Positions 56,126 through 56,932 of a stretch of 56,932 bases of DNA are shown piece by piece. Position 1 is the first letter of the stretch; each line of letters starts with the position of its first letter. The notes beneath the pieces were generated by a model. The model was not told the DNA's origin and ran no database searches. It saw only the letters and a program-made list of their open reading frames with translations. This DNA comes from a virus (taxonomy: Duplodnaviria; Caudoviricetes). The DNA lies in the IMG/VR virus record IMGVR_UViG_3300032294_002078, positions 1 through 56,932 of that record. The stretch is one strand, 5' to 3'. Both the position numbers and the translations under genes were made by a program.

Positions 56126-56192
56126 ATATTACTTGTAAATTAAATTTCCTAAATATCTAGAAATTAGTTATTTTTATAGAAAATAAATAGTT

Positions 56193-56932
56193 ATGAAAGC
56201 AGCAGTAGTAGGTATGCTCAATAATGTAGGTAGCTCTACTTCCCATCATGGTGGAGGGTATTATCACGTTATGATGAGTATATTAAAATCAGAGCATCCA
56301 GGAGATTTAGACGTTAATCCTGAACCTTCAACATGGAATGAATATGAAAGACTATATATTCTAGAAGGAGTTAACTATCAAGAGAACGTATTTAATTTTA
56401 TTGGAGGACCACAACCTGAGCATAGAGCCAAATTAGAAGCTATGGCTAATTACAAAGGTCTAGCTATTGCAGTTAATGTTCCTATTGATCTTAATGTGTT
56501 CAATAAAAGATTTAATATTGATCATCAGTTTACTGCAATCAACTGTATTGACTTTGCTAGACTACATGCAAATAATACAAAGAAGTTAGTAAGAGGTGAT
56601 TCTCATTCGCTTAGTGCATGGAGACCTGGTTTTGGTCTTGATAGAACAGATGGTAAAACTTTGTTTGGATTCTTAAAAGATGCTGACTCTTTAATTGAAG
56701 AGTGGAATCAAAAATATGACGAGGTAGTTCTTTACTTTGGTAATATTGATATTCGTTTTCACTTAATGAGGCAAGATAATCCTGCTGAAGCAGTAGGAGA
56801 TCTTATTAGACGTTATGTAGAGTTTGCTAAAAAACTAAATAATGCAACTCTAGTTAATTTGTTACCAGTTGAGCATGAAAGTCGTAAATTACCTGGTACA
56901 GGTTTATATCTAAAACAAGCTTATTTTGGCAC
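56193..56932 (+). CDS. 3'-truncated protein with SGNH-like motifs, absent from the ORF track
   Basis: Open from ATG 56193 to the window end: MKAAVVGMLNNV...LVRGDSHS...LYFGNIDIRFHL...ESRKLPGTG. Confidence 0.7.
   Translation, partial: MKAAVVGMLNNVGSSTSHHGGGYYHVMMSILKSEHPGDLDVNPEPSTWNEYERLYILEGVNYQENVFNFIGGPQPEHRAKLEAMANYKGLAIAVNVPIDLNVFNKRFNIDHQFTAINCIDFARLHANNTKKLVRGDSHSLSAWRPGFGLDRTDGKTLFGFLKDADSLIEEWNQKYDEVVLYFGNIDIRFHLMRQDNPAEAVGDLIRRYVEFAKKLNNATLVNLLPVEHESRKLPGTGLYLKQAYFG

Noticed and set aside
1-56932. Stop-codon reassignment
   Set aside because: Genes are full length and densely packed under the standard code, and TAA, TAG and TGA all act as stops.

Overview
An AT-rich segment of a large myovirus-type phage genome, with all credible genes on the + strand. 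The host is probably a Bacteroidota species; this is inferred from the lack of Shine-Dalgarno motifs, TAnnTTTG-like promoters and lipoprotein genes. About 1-25 kb is a virion fibre/adhesin cluster: proline-free Gly-Ser/Thr-Ser collagen-like fibres, three LamG lectin paralogues, a glycine-rich adhesin-like protein, two S74-chaperone tail fibres and poly-Thr proteins. Embedded in it are two multidomain glycan-synthesis genes (GT4+FkbM+GT2+unknown, and GT4+TibC/Aah-like protein O-glycosyltransferase). About 25.9-40.5 kb is the contractile tail module: sheath, tube, free-standing HNH endonuclease, tail chaperone pair with a probable programmed frameshift, tape measure and baseplate. About 40.5-51.8 kb is replication: short atypical PolA, SSB, RecA-like, 5'-3' exonuclease, DnaB-like helicase, class II RNR and a second full-length PolA. 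About 52-57 kb holds an SPFH cassette, Hsp20, GroES, GroEL and a truncated SGNH-like gene. The best candidate novel system is a phage-encoded virion-fibre glycosylation assembly line. Other strong signals are a long-range RNA helix enclosing hsp20, a three-way-junction leader RNA, a +1/-2 frameshift with a hairpin, a recurring ATATTTAT promoter motif and two family A polymerases. All protein calls are from motif recognition by eye; no database search was run.
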